This document shows positions 12,539 through 24,570 of a stretch of 64,000 nucleotides of DNA, piece by piece. Location: assembly GCA_013265495.1 (NCBI GenBank), contig MU058337.1, forward strand, positions 4,024,880 to 4,088,879, written 5' to 3'. The notes beneath the pieces were generated by a model that saw only the letters and a list, made by a program, of their open reading frames with translations, was not told where the DNA came from and made no database searches. Position 1 is the stretch's first letter. Every line of letters begins with the position of its first letter. The position numbers and the translations under genes are program-made. The DNA is from Vicugna vicugna (lineage: Eukaryota).

Positions 12539-13439
12539 CTGCACGTTAAGCAGGCGAATGATGAGAATTCCCTCCTTTGATGCAAAGGTAAGATCTGCTG
12601 AGGCAGCTAGAGGGCTCAATTTGGGGGGGCAGCTGGAGGGCTCCAGGAACTGAAGGGCTCCACTGGGGAAGCTGAGCTTTCCTGGTGCACCTCATCACCC
12701 AGCGCACCCAAGATGACCTATCCAGCATATCTTGGCTCTTGGGCACCCACTTGACCCAACTGCATCTTTATTTCTTTAGAAAATGTGAGTAACAGGATGT
12801 CACTGTCCACAGATATATAGAAACGCTTAACAATTGAGTAAAATGTTTGTAATGCAATTTGAGATGCACATACAAAAGAAGCAGAGTAAGAGGTCTAAAA
12901 ATGTAAGGCATGCCTCTCTAGTGAAGTCATCAATTTTAGTTAAAGTATAGGTTTCCATTTTTTTAAAAATAGCATGAACAGGGAAATGTACAACTTAGTA
13001 AATCCAAAACACATTATATGAAAATGACTTTTTTATTAAATCAGGAAGAAACTAAAAATGTCTTTGACTATGAGTTTGCTAAAGTATGACATTGTTACCA
13101 TAATTTCCATACTTAAGCATTAAATAAATGGCATGATTTTGGTTTGTTGAAGTGAATATTAGGAAGCCAGAGGCAATTTAAATTGAGATAATCTCCCCAT
13201 TTTCTTGTTCTTGCGCCGTCACAAAAAGGTCAGCAGGGTAAGCAAGAATACATTATAGAATTTCAACTCTAATCTTATTACAAATTCCTGTATTGGTAGG
13301 GTGTTTTTCTCTGCATTACTCTGTGAAATACTGTGTTAAAATGTGACTCTGAAAAATTCAAATAAGTTTAAGAAACTGCAGGCATTCACAACTCTTCAAA
13401 TATTTACTTATTTCACAAAATTAAAAACTTGCTGTTTTC

Positions 13440-14290
13440 TAAAAGAATTCAGTTACTCTAATATTCTATTATGGGCCCAATCTGTGCTAAAGACACTGTA
13501 GGAACACACACACACACACACAAGTGTATATAATGTGGTCCCTGCCCTCACCAAACTTACAATTCAATTATGAATTAAAAATAACAAGAATGACAGGGCT
13601 GAACATGTCACTGCAGCGTAGATCCTTGATGTTCATGAGAAAGGCATTCCAAGAACCTCCCAGGCCCTGAAATATCGGGCTGTCCATAAAGCCCTCCTGT
13701 GTTACTGAGATGGAGTGACACCAGCTAAGTGACTCTCAGAAGTTAAGCAGAAAGAGGAGACATGGCTGAATGGTACCTTCCTGAATGCCCAAATCTACTT
13801 AAAATCAGTCATGAAATTGTGAAATACTGACAGTGTTGCTAATCTAATTCAGAAAGAATGGATATGTACCATCATGTATTCACAACAAATATGGCTGCAC
13901 ACGGACTATGTACCTGGCCACAAAGACTCTTCTCTCATGAAGCTGAAAGTCCAGCAGAAGAAGACAGAAAGTAAATGAATAAATACAAAATTTGTCAGAT
14001 TATGCTATGAGGACCAAGGCATAGGCAATGCTAGAAATGGGATTGGTTGCTTATTTATAGAGAATAGTCAGGAAATACTTCCTTGTTAGATATTTGAGTA
14101 GAGAACTAAAGATGTCAAAAAGAACTAAGGATTTGTCAAGCAAAGAATAAAGCATACGCAAAGGCCCCGAGGTAGCAGCAATGTTCGCAAATTTGAGGAA
14201 CAGCAAGGAGGGCAGTGTGGCAGGAGGGACGTGCGAAGGACGGAGGCAGGAAATGAGGTTGGAGAGAGATGTGGACCTGGCTCACGGGCA
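13440..14290 (-). mobile_element. L2 fragments
   Basis: Degenerate L2 3' segments (ggtccctgccctca, aaaggccccgaggtag..tttgaggaacagcaaggagggcagtgtggc). Confidence 0.6.
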
Positions 14291-14437
14291 GCAGGAGTCA
14301 GCTGTGCTGGCCCGAATCAAAAATTGGAGTCATACTAGGAAGCATCACGACGTAGGATACCTTTGTGCAGATCTTGAAAGATAAGTCAGATTTGTCTAAT
14401 CTGAAGGAAAGGGAATCTATCTGAGAGTCATACTTAC

Positions 14438-14629
14438 ATCTGTTAGCAATCTTAGTTTTAGACCTTCCTGGCACTTCTGAGAACGTTAAAAGAAAGACCA
14501 GTGTTTCTGCTCAGACTTTTATTCAAAATCAGCCTTCGACTCCTGACCATTTTCTCCCACTAGAAAGTCTTGGAGCCCATTGAATTCATCTGGCCAGTTT
14601 ACTGACTTTCTGACTTTCTTCACTTTATT
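14438..14629 (-). pseudogene. Candidate exon (192 nt; alternative 39-nt form 14438-14476)
   Basis: Donor GAT|GTAAGT. Acceptors tttccag| (14630) or tctttcttttaacgttctcag| (14477). Phase-0 reading NKVKKVRKSVNWPDEFNGLQDFLVGENGQESKADFE*..KCQEGLKLRLLTD. Confidence 0.45.
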
Positions 14630-15123
14630 CTGGAAATCTCTCAAAAAATGAGAACACATAACCACACTAGTCACATATGGCTCCATGTGAAAGGAAAACT
14701 TCTGAAAAACAATTTAAATGTCTATTCAAAAATTTTTTTAAATCCATGGTGGCCTCAGTCGGCTACCCGCTTATAGTAGCAGAAACTTTAAAAATGTAAG
14801 AAGGTGGGTTTTCAGACGTCTGTCTGATAAAGGTGTTCAAGCATGGTTTGGAGAAAAGGTGAGAACTAATCAAGCAAGATGATCTCATCCTAAATATACA
14901 CTAATTTACGAGGTGTTAACAACATGGGAGTTAGCCTATGAAATAGCTGCTCACTTTATTAAGCAAAGTGGCTCAAAGTGTGCTATTCTCATTATAACAG
15001 AAAAATGGAATACATCATACCAAAAGACAACTAAGCAATGACTGGAATGGGTTTTATAAGGACAACGTGCCTTCTGAGCAGCCCAGCCCATTTCAGGTTC
15101 AAGATACTAAGTCAAAAACTAAC

Positions 15124-15465
15124 TTTCAAGTGAATTTCTTCAGCCTTCATAGGTATATATGGGAAATTGATTTCTGTCTCCATTCCTCATTTTTCTCAGC
15201 TATTCATTGAGGAAAATTCCATTTCACTGCTTCCCATGGGGTATCTTTTGGAGTTGTTTGTGTCTGCAACTGCTAAATATTACGGTTTTCTCTACTGTGT
15301 GTTTATAACCTCAAAATAGTTTGCAAATTTCAAGGCACACGCATACATACAAAAATCAATGTGTCCTAGTTTCATTTATTGGAAATCTCTTAAAAGGTCA
15401 TTGGAGTGCCTGGCCCGATATCCTGAATGTTGCTTCTTGAGGTCTGGGATTCATGATGGATTTTC
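15124..15465 (-). pseudogene. Candidate exon (342 nt, decayed)
   Basis: Very long pyrimidine tract (about 15486-15520), acceptor ttcaacag| and donor AAA|GTTAGT. Length is a multiple of 3, but 6 stops in 114 codons is close to random. Confidence 0.35.
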
Positions 15466-16062
15466 CTGTTGAACTTATATAAATGAAAAAGAAAGGAAAA
15501 GGAAAAGAAAGAAAAACAAATCTGAGCAATGAATTGGAGATGGGATTTTAAAAGTCCTGCAGCCTTCATAAAGCCCTTCTCAATCATCTACATAAAAGTG
15601 GTCCCCCTCCTTTGAAATCCTGCAGCATTTGTGTCCTGTCTTATTCATCTGTCAATTTATTTTCTACTGCTTTTTGATGGTTCGTCTAGCCTTTGTATTT
15701 AAGCAATATTTTAATATTTTATTGTTACATTTCTCCATACTTAGGGCTTGTTTAACCAGATTTTTAATCTTTATAAGATTAAAGACTAAAAAATTAACAT
15801 CCGTGCCATCCCTTGCCCACACCCAAGGACTCAGAGCAATATCTGAAATATTGCAGCAGTTCCTCCTGACAATGTGTTGATTAGATTATTTGATCTTAGA
15901 TACGTCATTGGAGAAAAAGCCACAGCTGACTAATGTTAGGCATAGCTACTGATGCTAAAGCAACTACATCTTCCAAAAAATGTTCACTAGGGCCTGAATA
16001 AGTCAACCTCTGAAGATAATAACAATTTTTACATAATTGAAGATATAAAAGCTACACAGTGA

Positions 16063-19000
16063 GGAAGATTCTGAGAAGATAGCAGGGTAGGAACCACCCG
16101 GAATCTATCTCCCCTCCTAGACGACAATTACACAGGCAGAATCTATCCACTATAGTTATTTTGGAACTCTGGAGTCTATTGAAGAGGCCTGGATGGTAAG
16201 TTGTGGTTAATTGTGGTCCATTTCAGCTCTTAGTGCTGTAGCAGCTACCCATCGCCCCATCCGCAGCCTATGGCAGGCAACTGTGCACGTGTTCCCGGAG
16301 CAGCTTACACACAGCTCATGAAGCCAGCAGGGATGGGGGAGGAAGCAAAAAGGACTCTGTCTTTTCAATATCAAGACTCTATGCTCTGATTGCTGATGCT
16401 ACTTCTGATCACAGAAGGGTGGACAAAAAGGAGGGTGGCTAGATTATGAAGAAGTAGAAAGTCCGAATAGATGTATAACTAATAAGGAGACTGAATCAGT
16501 AATCAAAACTCTCCTGACAAAAAAGGACCTGACAGCTTCACTGGTTAATTCCAGCAAGCATTTAAAGAAGAACTAAACCAATCCTCAAACATTTCCTAAA
16601 AATGGAAGAGGAGAGTACACTTCATATCTGATTCCAATAGGCCAGCATTGATACCAGTGCCAAAGACACTACAAGGAAAGAAAATCACAGACTAATATCC
16701 TTTAAAAAACATTGATGTAAAATTCCTCAGTAAAAGACTAGCAAACCAAATTCAGCAGCATATTAAATATAATATAAATCATGACCAAGAGGGATTTATT
16801 CCTGAAATGCAGGGATGGTTCAACATGCAAAAATCAATTACTGTGCTACACCATATTAACAGAATGAAGGGGAGAAAAACACATGATCATCTCAATTAAT
16901 GCAGAAAAAGAATCTGACAAAATTCAATACTCTTTCATGATAAAAAAAAATCCAACAAACTAGAAAGAGAAGGAAACTGTCTCAACATAAGAAAAAGCTA
17001 TAAATGAAAAGCCCACAGCAAACATACTCAACGGTGAAAGACTGAAATCTTTCCTCTAAGATCAGGGACAAGGCAAGGATGACCACTGTCACCACTTCTA
17101 TTCAACATAGTACTGAAAGTTCTAGCGAATGCAGTTAGTCAAATAAGAGAAATAAAAGACATCCAAATTGGAAAGGAAGGGATAAAGTTATTTCTGAATG
17201 CAGCTGATATGATCTTATATGGTGAAAACTAAAGATTCCACACAGAAAAAACAATTGTTATAACTAATTCAGCAAAGCAGCAGCACGCAAAGTCAACGTG
17301 CAAAAACATTTACATTTCTGTGTCCTAACGATGAAGAGTATGAAAAGGAAATCATAAAAACAATTCAATTTACAAGAGCACCAAAATAATAAAATACTGA
17401 GGAATGAACTTAACGGAGGAGGTAAAAGACTTGTACAATGAAAACTACAAAGCATTGTTTTAACAAATCTATGAAAACAGAAATAAATAGAAGCACATCT
17501 CGAGTTCATGGACTGGAAAACTCAATATTATTTGGATGTCAGTATTTCAGCAATCTATAGGTGCAGCATAATCCAAATCAAAATTTCAGTGACAATTTTT
17601 GCTGAAATAGAAACACTCATTCTAAAATTCATATGGAATCTCAAGGGACCCTGAATAGTCAAAGCAATCTTGAAAAAGAAAAACAAAGCTTGAGAACTCA
17701 CACTTCCTGATTTCAAAGCTTACTACAAAACTACAATCATCAAAACAGTGTGGTACTGGAATAATGATAGACATATAGAAGAGTGGAATAGAATGGACAG
17801 CCCAGGAATAAGCCCTTGCATATCTGGTCAAATGATTTTTGACAAGGGTGCCAAGACCATTCAATGAGGAAAAGACAGTCTTCAATAAATGGTGCTGGGA
17901 AAACAGGATATCCACATGCAAATGAATGAAGCTGGACCCTCATCTAATACCACATACAAAAAATTAACTCAAATGGATCAAAGACATAAATGTTAAGACC
18001 TAAAGCTATAAAACTGTTAAAAGAAAATATAGGACAAAAGTTTCACAACATGGAATTTGGCAGTGATTTCTTGGATATAAGACCAAAGGCACAGGTAACA
18101 ACAACAAAAAAAGACAATTGAGCTTCATGCAAATTTTAAAACTTGTGTGCATCAACAGACACTATTAGAGTAAAAGGGCACCTCACAGAATAGAGGAAAA
18201 TATTTGCAAGTCATATATCTGTAAGAGATTAATAACCAGAATAAAAGGAGAATTTCTAAAACACAAACAAGAAAACAAGCCAATTAAAAATTGGGCAAAG
18301 GCCTTGAATTGACACTTCTCTGAAGAAGATGTACAAACGGCCAATAAACAGATGGAAATATGCTCAGCATCACTAATCATCAGGGAAATGGAAATCAAAA
18401 ACTACAGTGAGATACCACCTCATACCCATTATGATGGCTACTATCAAAAAATAAAAATAAAAAATAAAAAATAACAAGTGTTTGGTGAGGATGTAGAGAA
18501 ATTAGAACCCTTGTGCCCTGTTGATGGGGATGTAAAATGGTACAGCTATGGGAAAAAGTATGGCAGTTCCTCAAAAAATTAAAAATAGAAATACCATGGC
18601 AGCAGTTCCACTTCTGGGTAAATACACAAAAGAATTTAAAACAGAGTGTCAAAGAGATATTTGCACACTCATATTCATAGCAGTATTATTTACAATAGCT
18701 AACACTTGAAAGCAACCAAAATGTTTATCAGCAGAGAAATGGGTAAGCAAAATGTGGTATATGTAGACGATGGAATATTATCCAGCTTTAAAAGAAAAGG
18801 AAAATTCTGACACATGCTACACCATGGATGAACCTTGAGGACGTTATGCTAAGTGAAAGAAGTCAGTCTCAGACAAAAACTGTATGATTTCATTTATATG
18901 AGATACTTCAAGTAGTCAGAATCATAGAGACAGAAAGGAAAATGGCGGTCACCAGGGACGGGGGGTTACCGTTTCACGGGTATAGAGTTGCAATGTTACA

Positions 19001-19117
19001 AGATGAAAAGAGTTATGAAGATGGATGGTGCTGACGTTTGCCCAGCATTATTTACACATCGAACACCACTGAGCTGCACAGTGCTTCAGTTAAAAGCGGT
19101 TAAGATGGTTTTCTTTA
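16063..19117 (+). mobile_element. L1 (L1MB-like): 5' UTR piece fused to decayed ORF2 RT/C-terminal region and 3' UTR
   Basis: ORF2-like sequence 16441 to about 18800 (gggatttattcctgaaatgcagggatggttcaacat; cagggacaaggcaaggatg; aataaatggtgctgggaaaac). Probable decayed TSD at 16047-16062 and 19118-19133. Confidence 0.9.
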
Positions 19118-19149
19118 AAAAGCTGTAGATTGAAAAGCAGAAGTATGTA

Positions 19150-19310
19150 GAGGGCAAAGCACGCACTTTGACCTCAGAGAAAGTTGGGATCAATTCTCTG
19201 GTGCTCAGCTTATTGCTTCTGTGACTTTGTGTGAGTTGCAAAAGCTCTCGAGTGCTCCATTTCCTCCTCTGCAGAAAGCAAATACTGTCTCCTTCAAAAA
19301 TTATTGTATT
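19150..19310 (+). mobile_element. MIR fragment
   Basis: Core-like tgtgactttg..gagttgc..ctctcgagtgctccatttcctcctctgcagaa. Confidence 0.55.
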
Positions 19311-19312
19311 GA

Positions 19313-19400
19313 GGGGAGAGCATAGTGGTAGAGCGCATGCTTAGCGTGCATGAGGTCCTAGGTTCTATCCCCAATGAAACTCCAATGAAAAAAGAAAAAA
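19313..19400 (+). mobile_element. Vic-1 type SINE
   Basis: ggggagagcatagtggtagagcgcatgcttagcgtgcatgaggtcctaggttc with A-rich tail. TSD-like aaaaattattgtatt / aaaaacttttgtatt. Confidence 0.85.
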
Positions 19401-19975
19401 ACTTTTGTATTAAAAACACATTTTATATACTTGGAAAAGTCAGAAGTCCAAAAAGCTGTTCATAGATATTAGGGTCCTCACTGAACACTAGCAGGTAATG
19501 TCATTAACCAGATCGGCTTAGGGACAGGAAACATCTTGGAACTAAGAGTATTTGCTTGTTAAATTTTTTTTTAAGGAAACTCAGATCATGTAGCCCAGCT
19601 TTAGTTAGTAAACAAACTCTCTCGCATGCATTTCTGTGCACCAGCTTTCACTCGTCTACCTCTGTTTTCCCGCATTGTATGTGTTTATGCAGCTGCAAAC
19701 TTTTTGAGAAGTTATGTAAATTCATGAACAAGGTAAATTAGCTACATGTTGGACACTGACAAATTTTCTGAAGAATTACCCAGTTCACTTACTGGTTTTT
19801 TCAAGTCAAAACGCAAGAGAAGAAAGGAAATTAAAAGCAAAAGTTCAATTGATCATGTATGTCTCTTTCGAGTTGATTGTTGTTTCATTAAACAGAAAAC
19901 CTGTAATTCAGCCAGTGGCTTATGAAAGAAAATATTTTCCTGCGTTAAAGTAAATAGGATCTTACGAAAGCTTAC

Positions 19976-19995
19976 TTCAGTTTGGGGGACCATAA
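19976..19995 (-). pseudogene. Candidate micro-exon (20 nt)
   Basis: Strong acceptor ttttgcttagttctttgcag| and donor GAA|GTAAGC. Confidence 0.45.
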
Positions 19996-20638
19996 CTGCA
20001 AAGAACTAAGCAAAAGCCTGTGATTAATGACTTTCACTAGTCCTCCCTCTGCCACTCACCCTCCACGAATGTCAAGATTCTCTCATTTCCCTGAGTCTAA
20101 TAGGACACTAAAATTCCTGAAAAGGCTGAGATTTTCATCTTAGCCCTATCACTTTATGAATTCTCTTTACAGCTTGGACCATACATTTTTGTTCACGAGG
20201 GAATATCCCCCAAGTCACAGAGGTTTAAATTTTGACCTATGCCTCTTACTTCACAGAAGATATCCCACTGCACCTGGTCTACAAATTAATGTTTTTAAAG
20301 TCCTCACCCACCCTCCACCCCCACCAAACACATTAACTTTTAAAATTGTAACTGAGTCATTTCTTTGAGACGTTTTCTGAAAAATGCTGATCCTAACAGA
20401 TTTGCTTTCAAAAATCTGGATATGATTTCTGTAACATTTTGAGGGCAAAATGCCAAACGTTCAGAACTATTAAAGACCGTGTAAATGACCAAGCAGACAT
20501 ACAGAAAGTATCAGCTATAAAAGTCACTGACTGGGAACATTTCACAGTTAACTCTTGCATTTCTTCAACTGTGGGCTTATCTGGATGAATTTCTCCAATA
20601 AATCTGTTTATTCTTTGATTTTAAAAGAAATCAGTATT

Positions 20639-20776
20639 GGGGGGAGGGTGCAGCTCAGTGGTAGAGTGCGTGTTTAACATGCCTGAGGTCCTGGGTTCAA
20701 GCCCCAGCACCTCCGTTAAAATAAATGAACAAATAAATACATACATAACCTAATTACCTCCCTCCCCCCCAAAAAA
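20639..20776 (+). mobile_element. Vic-1 type SINE
   Basis: ggggagggtgcagctcagtggtagagtg..gaggtcctgggttcaagcccc..acctaattacctcc. Confidence 0.9.
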
Positions 20777-21071
20777 TACTTAAAAAGAAAGGAATCACAG
20801 CGTTATCTGAATGGAGAGAAGACTGGTGTTACCCTTCTCGTGGCGAAGGGGGTCCTGTGACTTGAGGCATCACCACCTGCATGTATCCTCATCAGGTTTG
20901 CTATTTCCCCATTTAGGTGGGGGGTCCGCTTTGTGAACATTTATTGAGCCATGTATTTATGCTTTGTATGCTTTTGATATGTAAATTATAAACAAAAAAG
21001 TATTTTAAATGTTTTTTAATAAGCGATGTGAGGCTCATTAGTGACTTTATTTCTCCACTGTTTTGATTTAC

Positions 21072-21803
21072 CAAGACATGGGTGATTCATCTGTTTAACT
21101 GAAGAGATGTTAAAATAGGCTACGAGACAGAAATGTTTTAGGTACCGATCAACCTGAGAGATGTGCCGGATCCTGTATGTTTTGAAGCACACAGCCAGTT
21201 CATCCCAGGCGGTTATGATCTAGTGTGTGCAGTGTTCACTTAGGCACGTGGTTTCTCTTCCTCTCTGTTTCCCATCTTTAAACTATTTTCTACTTCGTAT
21301 ATCCTCTTCCAGAGAGTAGACAGAGAAGGAAAAATGGGGTCAAAGTAACCTAAGGCTTTGCTACCCTAACGGGTGCACCAGAAGTCCCTCATTTTGATAA
21401 AGGAGGCAACCTATGTTTGCCAAAGAGAAGCTTGGTGATTATCAGTGGGATTCCACGAATCATTCTGATGCTCGTTCATCTGTTTGATGCTCAAGAAGTG
21501 TTTGTAAATAAAACGATGACACCGATACAGGCTCTATTAATAATAATTTGTTTCGTATTTGAATGTCCCATCGGGTACTGTGGATTCCCCTTTTCTTTCT
21601 ATGAATGTTGTACTGAAGAACTTCCCCCTTGATTTGTTCCTTTCTTTCGTCTTTAGAAGGGAGACGGCAGAGCTAATCCGTTCTTGCCGTGGTATTCACT
21701 CATTTATCTGGACTTCCCAGATTCCACCTCCTGGGGCACCTGTTACGTGGTTCCACATGTTTCTCTTCATCTTTATGGGTTAAGAAATCCACTAGGTGTC
21801 AAT
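21072..21803 (-). pseudogene. Candidate second large exon (about 732 nt, decayed)
   Basis: Acceptor actgtcacccag| and donor TTG|GTAAAT. Phase-1 continuation gives Y*HLVDFLTHKDEEKHVEPR..*..*LCRLPSKDERKEQIKGEVLQYNIHRKKRG..TDERASE. The 3' half has many stops. Confidence 0.45.
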
Positions 21804-21870
21804 CTGGGTGACAGTATATATATTTTTCTAATCAAGGAATTCAGTCTATGTGGGATTTAGGTCTACTTAC

Positions 21871-21901
21871 AGGAAGTGTGCATAAAATGCAATAGATTAA
21901 A
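21871..21901 (-). pseudogene. Candidate micro-exon (31 nt)
   Basis: Acceptor (ct)n(ca)n-cag| and donor CCT|GTAAGT. Phase 0-1, open, reads FNLLHFMHTS. Confidence 0.45.
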
Positions 21902-21902
21902 C

Positions 21903-21929
21903 TGTGTGTGTGTGTGAGAGAGAGAGAGA
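21903..21929. repeat. (TG)n(AG)n compound microsatellite
   Basis: Directly visible. Confidence 0.9.
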
Positions 21930-22413
21930 CAGATGAGGAGAGAAGCAGAGACACAGAGAGACAGAGAGCGAGCACCGGAACCCCGTTTCCTGGACACTGA
22001 TCACTCCACACGTCTGTTCCACCTACCGAATTCCCATTCAGAAGCTAGTGACTCTATAGGCCATTTTCACTGACATCCAACAAAAATAAGTTACAAACTT
22101 ATAAAGACTTTTATGGCTATAAAGCATGCTTATATATATTACCTCATTTGATCATTACAACCACTATTTCATAAACGTAGAAGGACATTCATTAATCTAT
22201 CAATTCCATGGGAAAGAAACTTTCCAGTTAGTGCTTAAAAATAAAAAAAAAAAAACAGTTACCGTGGGAAGCATTGCTTATAGTACAAAGTCAAGAACAA
22301 CAGAAATGTCAAAAGCTTTCTTTAACTGAAAATGTATAAAGTGGCTAAGAAGCCTGTTTAAATACTTCCTTCTTATATTTTACTTGACTTTGTAAAACCT
22401 AGCAAATAAAAAA

Positions 22414-22647
22414 CACTTGACCCTTGAACAACACAGGTTCGAATTGCGCAGGTCCACTTATATGTGGATTTTTTTTCGATAGTAAATACTACAGCACTGC
22501 ACAATGCATGGTTGGTTGAATCCACAGGTTCGAAACCTTGGATGCGGAGGAACCACACGTACAGAGGACCAGCTGCAGATTACACACAGGTTTTCGACTG
22601 CTCACAGGGTGAGCGCCCCTAACCTCTACACTGTTCAAGGTCGACTG
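22414..22647. mobile_element. Tigger2a-like Tc1/mariner MITE
   Basis: TIRs cacttgacccttgaaca ... tgttcaaggtcgactg, followed by TA. Confidence 0.85.
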
Positions 22648-23382
22648 TAGACTGAAAGTTCAAATCAAACCAATCATTAGGGTCTTAAGAATATTTTCCA
22701 CAATTAGAAATGATTTTCTCTTCCTTAAGATATGTAATTAAGAACCTATGTTGATAGACAAAGGATAAAGTTAGTCTGAATTATCCAGACTAACCTCACT
22801 CACACCACATTTACAGATTATTGATTCCTCCATCTTAGATTATTATTCAAAGCAATAATAAAAAATTCAACTCAATTTTAAGCAGGCAGTTTGCTAAGAT
22901 GTGAAAGTTCTATTTTAAAACATGACCCTACCTTTTCCCAGTCTTATATGCCATTATTTATCACAAAAGTGTCATATACTGCATGAAAATTTAAATTGTG
23001 GTCAATTACTTATGAGATTAGCAGATTTCAAGTGTTAATGGACTAAATTAAAGATCATAACCTTGTCAACACAAAGTGTCTTTCACATACGTGATTAATA
23101 ACAAAAGAAGCTATTTGGGGCTTAAATTTTTTTACTAGCTTCCCAGTGTTCGATCATAAGATACAAAACAAATATGATAGATATCCTTCATCAGTGATAC
23201 TGGAGTTCTCATTAGGTCCTCATTAAACTCCTGCACCTTAGAATAACCTTGAGAAGTGCATTAGACACGAATGAGTATATGCTTTCATTGCATAATCCTT
23301 ACTAATGATAATGGAATTTATATGCATGCAGTAAGCAAAGACAGTAGAAATTTTAAAAATAATAGCAATTGGAATTTCTTAC

Positions 23383-23433
23383 CTCAAGACCAAAATCAAA
23401 GATATATTTGTTGATTTGCTTTTCACAAAAGGT
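23383..23433 (-). pseudogene. Candidate exon (51 nt)
   Basis: Branch-like CTAAT, acceptor ggcatttatgcag| and strong donor GAG|GTAAGA. Phase 0-0, open, reads TFCEKQINKYIFDFGLE. Confidence 0.6.
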
Positions 23434-23978
23434 CTGCATAAATGCCACACACAGGATAAAAATTAGTTAAAAGAAAAAAAACCTTCAGCCTTAAATGTTT
23501 GGTAATAAAAATTAAGATGAAAATGAAAAACTGGGTCTTTCAGAACAAGAGTAAGTTTCTAAAAACAAAGCAGGAGTTTTGGATTCTGTGACATGTTACA
23601 GACAAGTTTCTCAACGTATTTAGTTAGCAATACAGTTGATGAATTGCAAGGCCTCTAATCTCCTTCCTCTTTCTCTTTTTGTTTACTGTTGTTGCCCTTT
23701 GGTTTATATTGTATTTAAAATTTCCCATGCTCAGAAATGCCTTGCTGTGGGAAAAGACATGAGATAGATCAAATTAAACCATGAGCCAGAGGTAATGAGA
23801 GCCTGACTATTTACTTCCTCTTGACTTTGAACACAAGTAGCTAAATTATTTTCATAAATGACTATCCAAACTATTTTTGAAGTTAATCTACAATTGAGAT
23901 TTTCTAAAACTTCTGATGGACCCATTCATAAATATCATTGTCTTTCAGGAATTCCTTTTTCTTTGCTACCCAAATTAC

Positions 23979-24014
23979 CCTAACATTCTTAAATTCCATT
24001 TCTTCTTGTATCCT
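23979..24014 (-). pseudogene. Candidate micro-exon (36 nt)
   Basis: Acceptor cttattttcctcatctccaaag| and donor AGG|GTAATT. Phase 0-0, open, reads RIQEEMEFKNVR. Confidence 0.45.
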
Positions 24015-24059
24015 CTTTGGAGATGAGGAAAATAAGGTCGCCATCTTGGAACAGTAGAA

Positions 24060-24570
24060 TCTTAGATCAGAAGGAGGCTGAAAAGATCATCTACCTGCCA
24101 GACAGTAATGATTCTCCTTCACGCCACCAGCACTGAGAAACTTAGTAATATAAAAGGGAGCTGATTCCAATTGTTAAAGCGTTCCTTCTCATAATTAGCT
24201 GAAAGCTACTGTGTGGATAATACCTGCCCTGAAATACTAGACCTGGAAGTTGAATAGAATGAGTTTAATTCCCCTTCCATATGACAGACCTCAAACACAT
24301 GAAGAATGGTTTCTTTGCTGATGCCTCTTTTTCCCGCTGAACACCCGCAGCATCTTCAAGCACTGCTTATATAAGATCAGGTTCATTACCCACTGACGCC
24401 TTGCGGGGGTATCAGAGAGATGCTCTCCCGCTACACTCAGGCACCTGGAATTAATCACGATTTGCCTGGTGAGGGCTTAGCAGTGCTGAGTGCAGGGAGC
24501 TTATTATCTCCTGTGAACCGGGGGCCATTCTTCTATTAATGCAGCCTAGGGTTGCATTAGATCTTTCGAA
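24060..24570 (-). mobile_element. CR1/L3-like ancient LINE fragment
   Basis: tattaatgcagcctagggttgcattag and agaatcttagatcagaagg..agatcatcta segments resemble CR1/L3 ends. Confidence 0.45.

Noticed and set aside
17264..18652. Cluster of minus-strand ORFs
   Set aside because: Antisense readings of decayed L1 ORF2.
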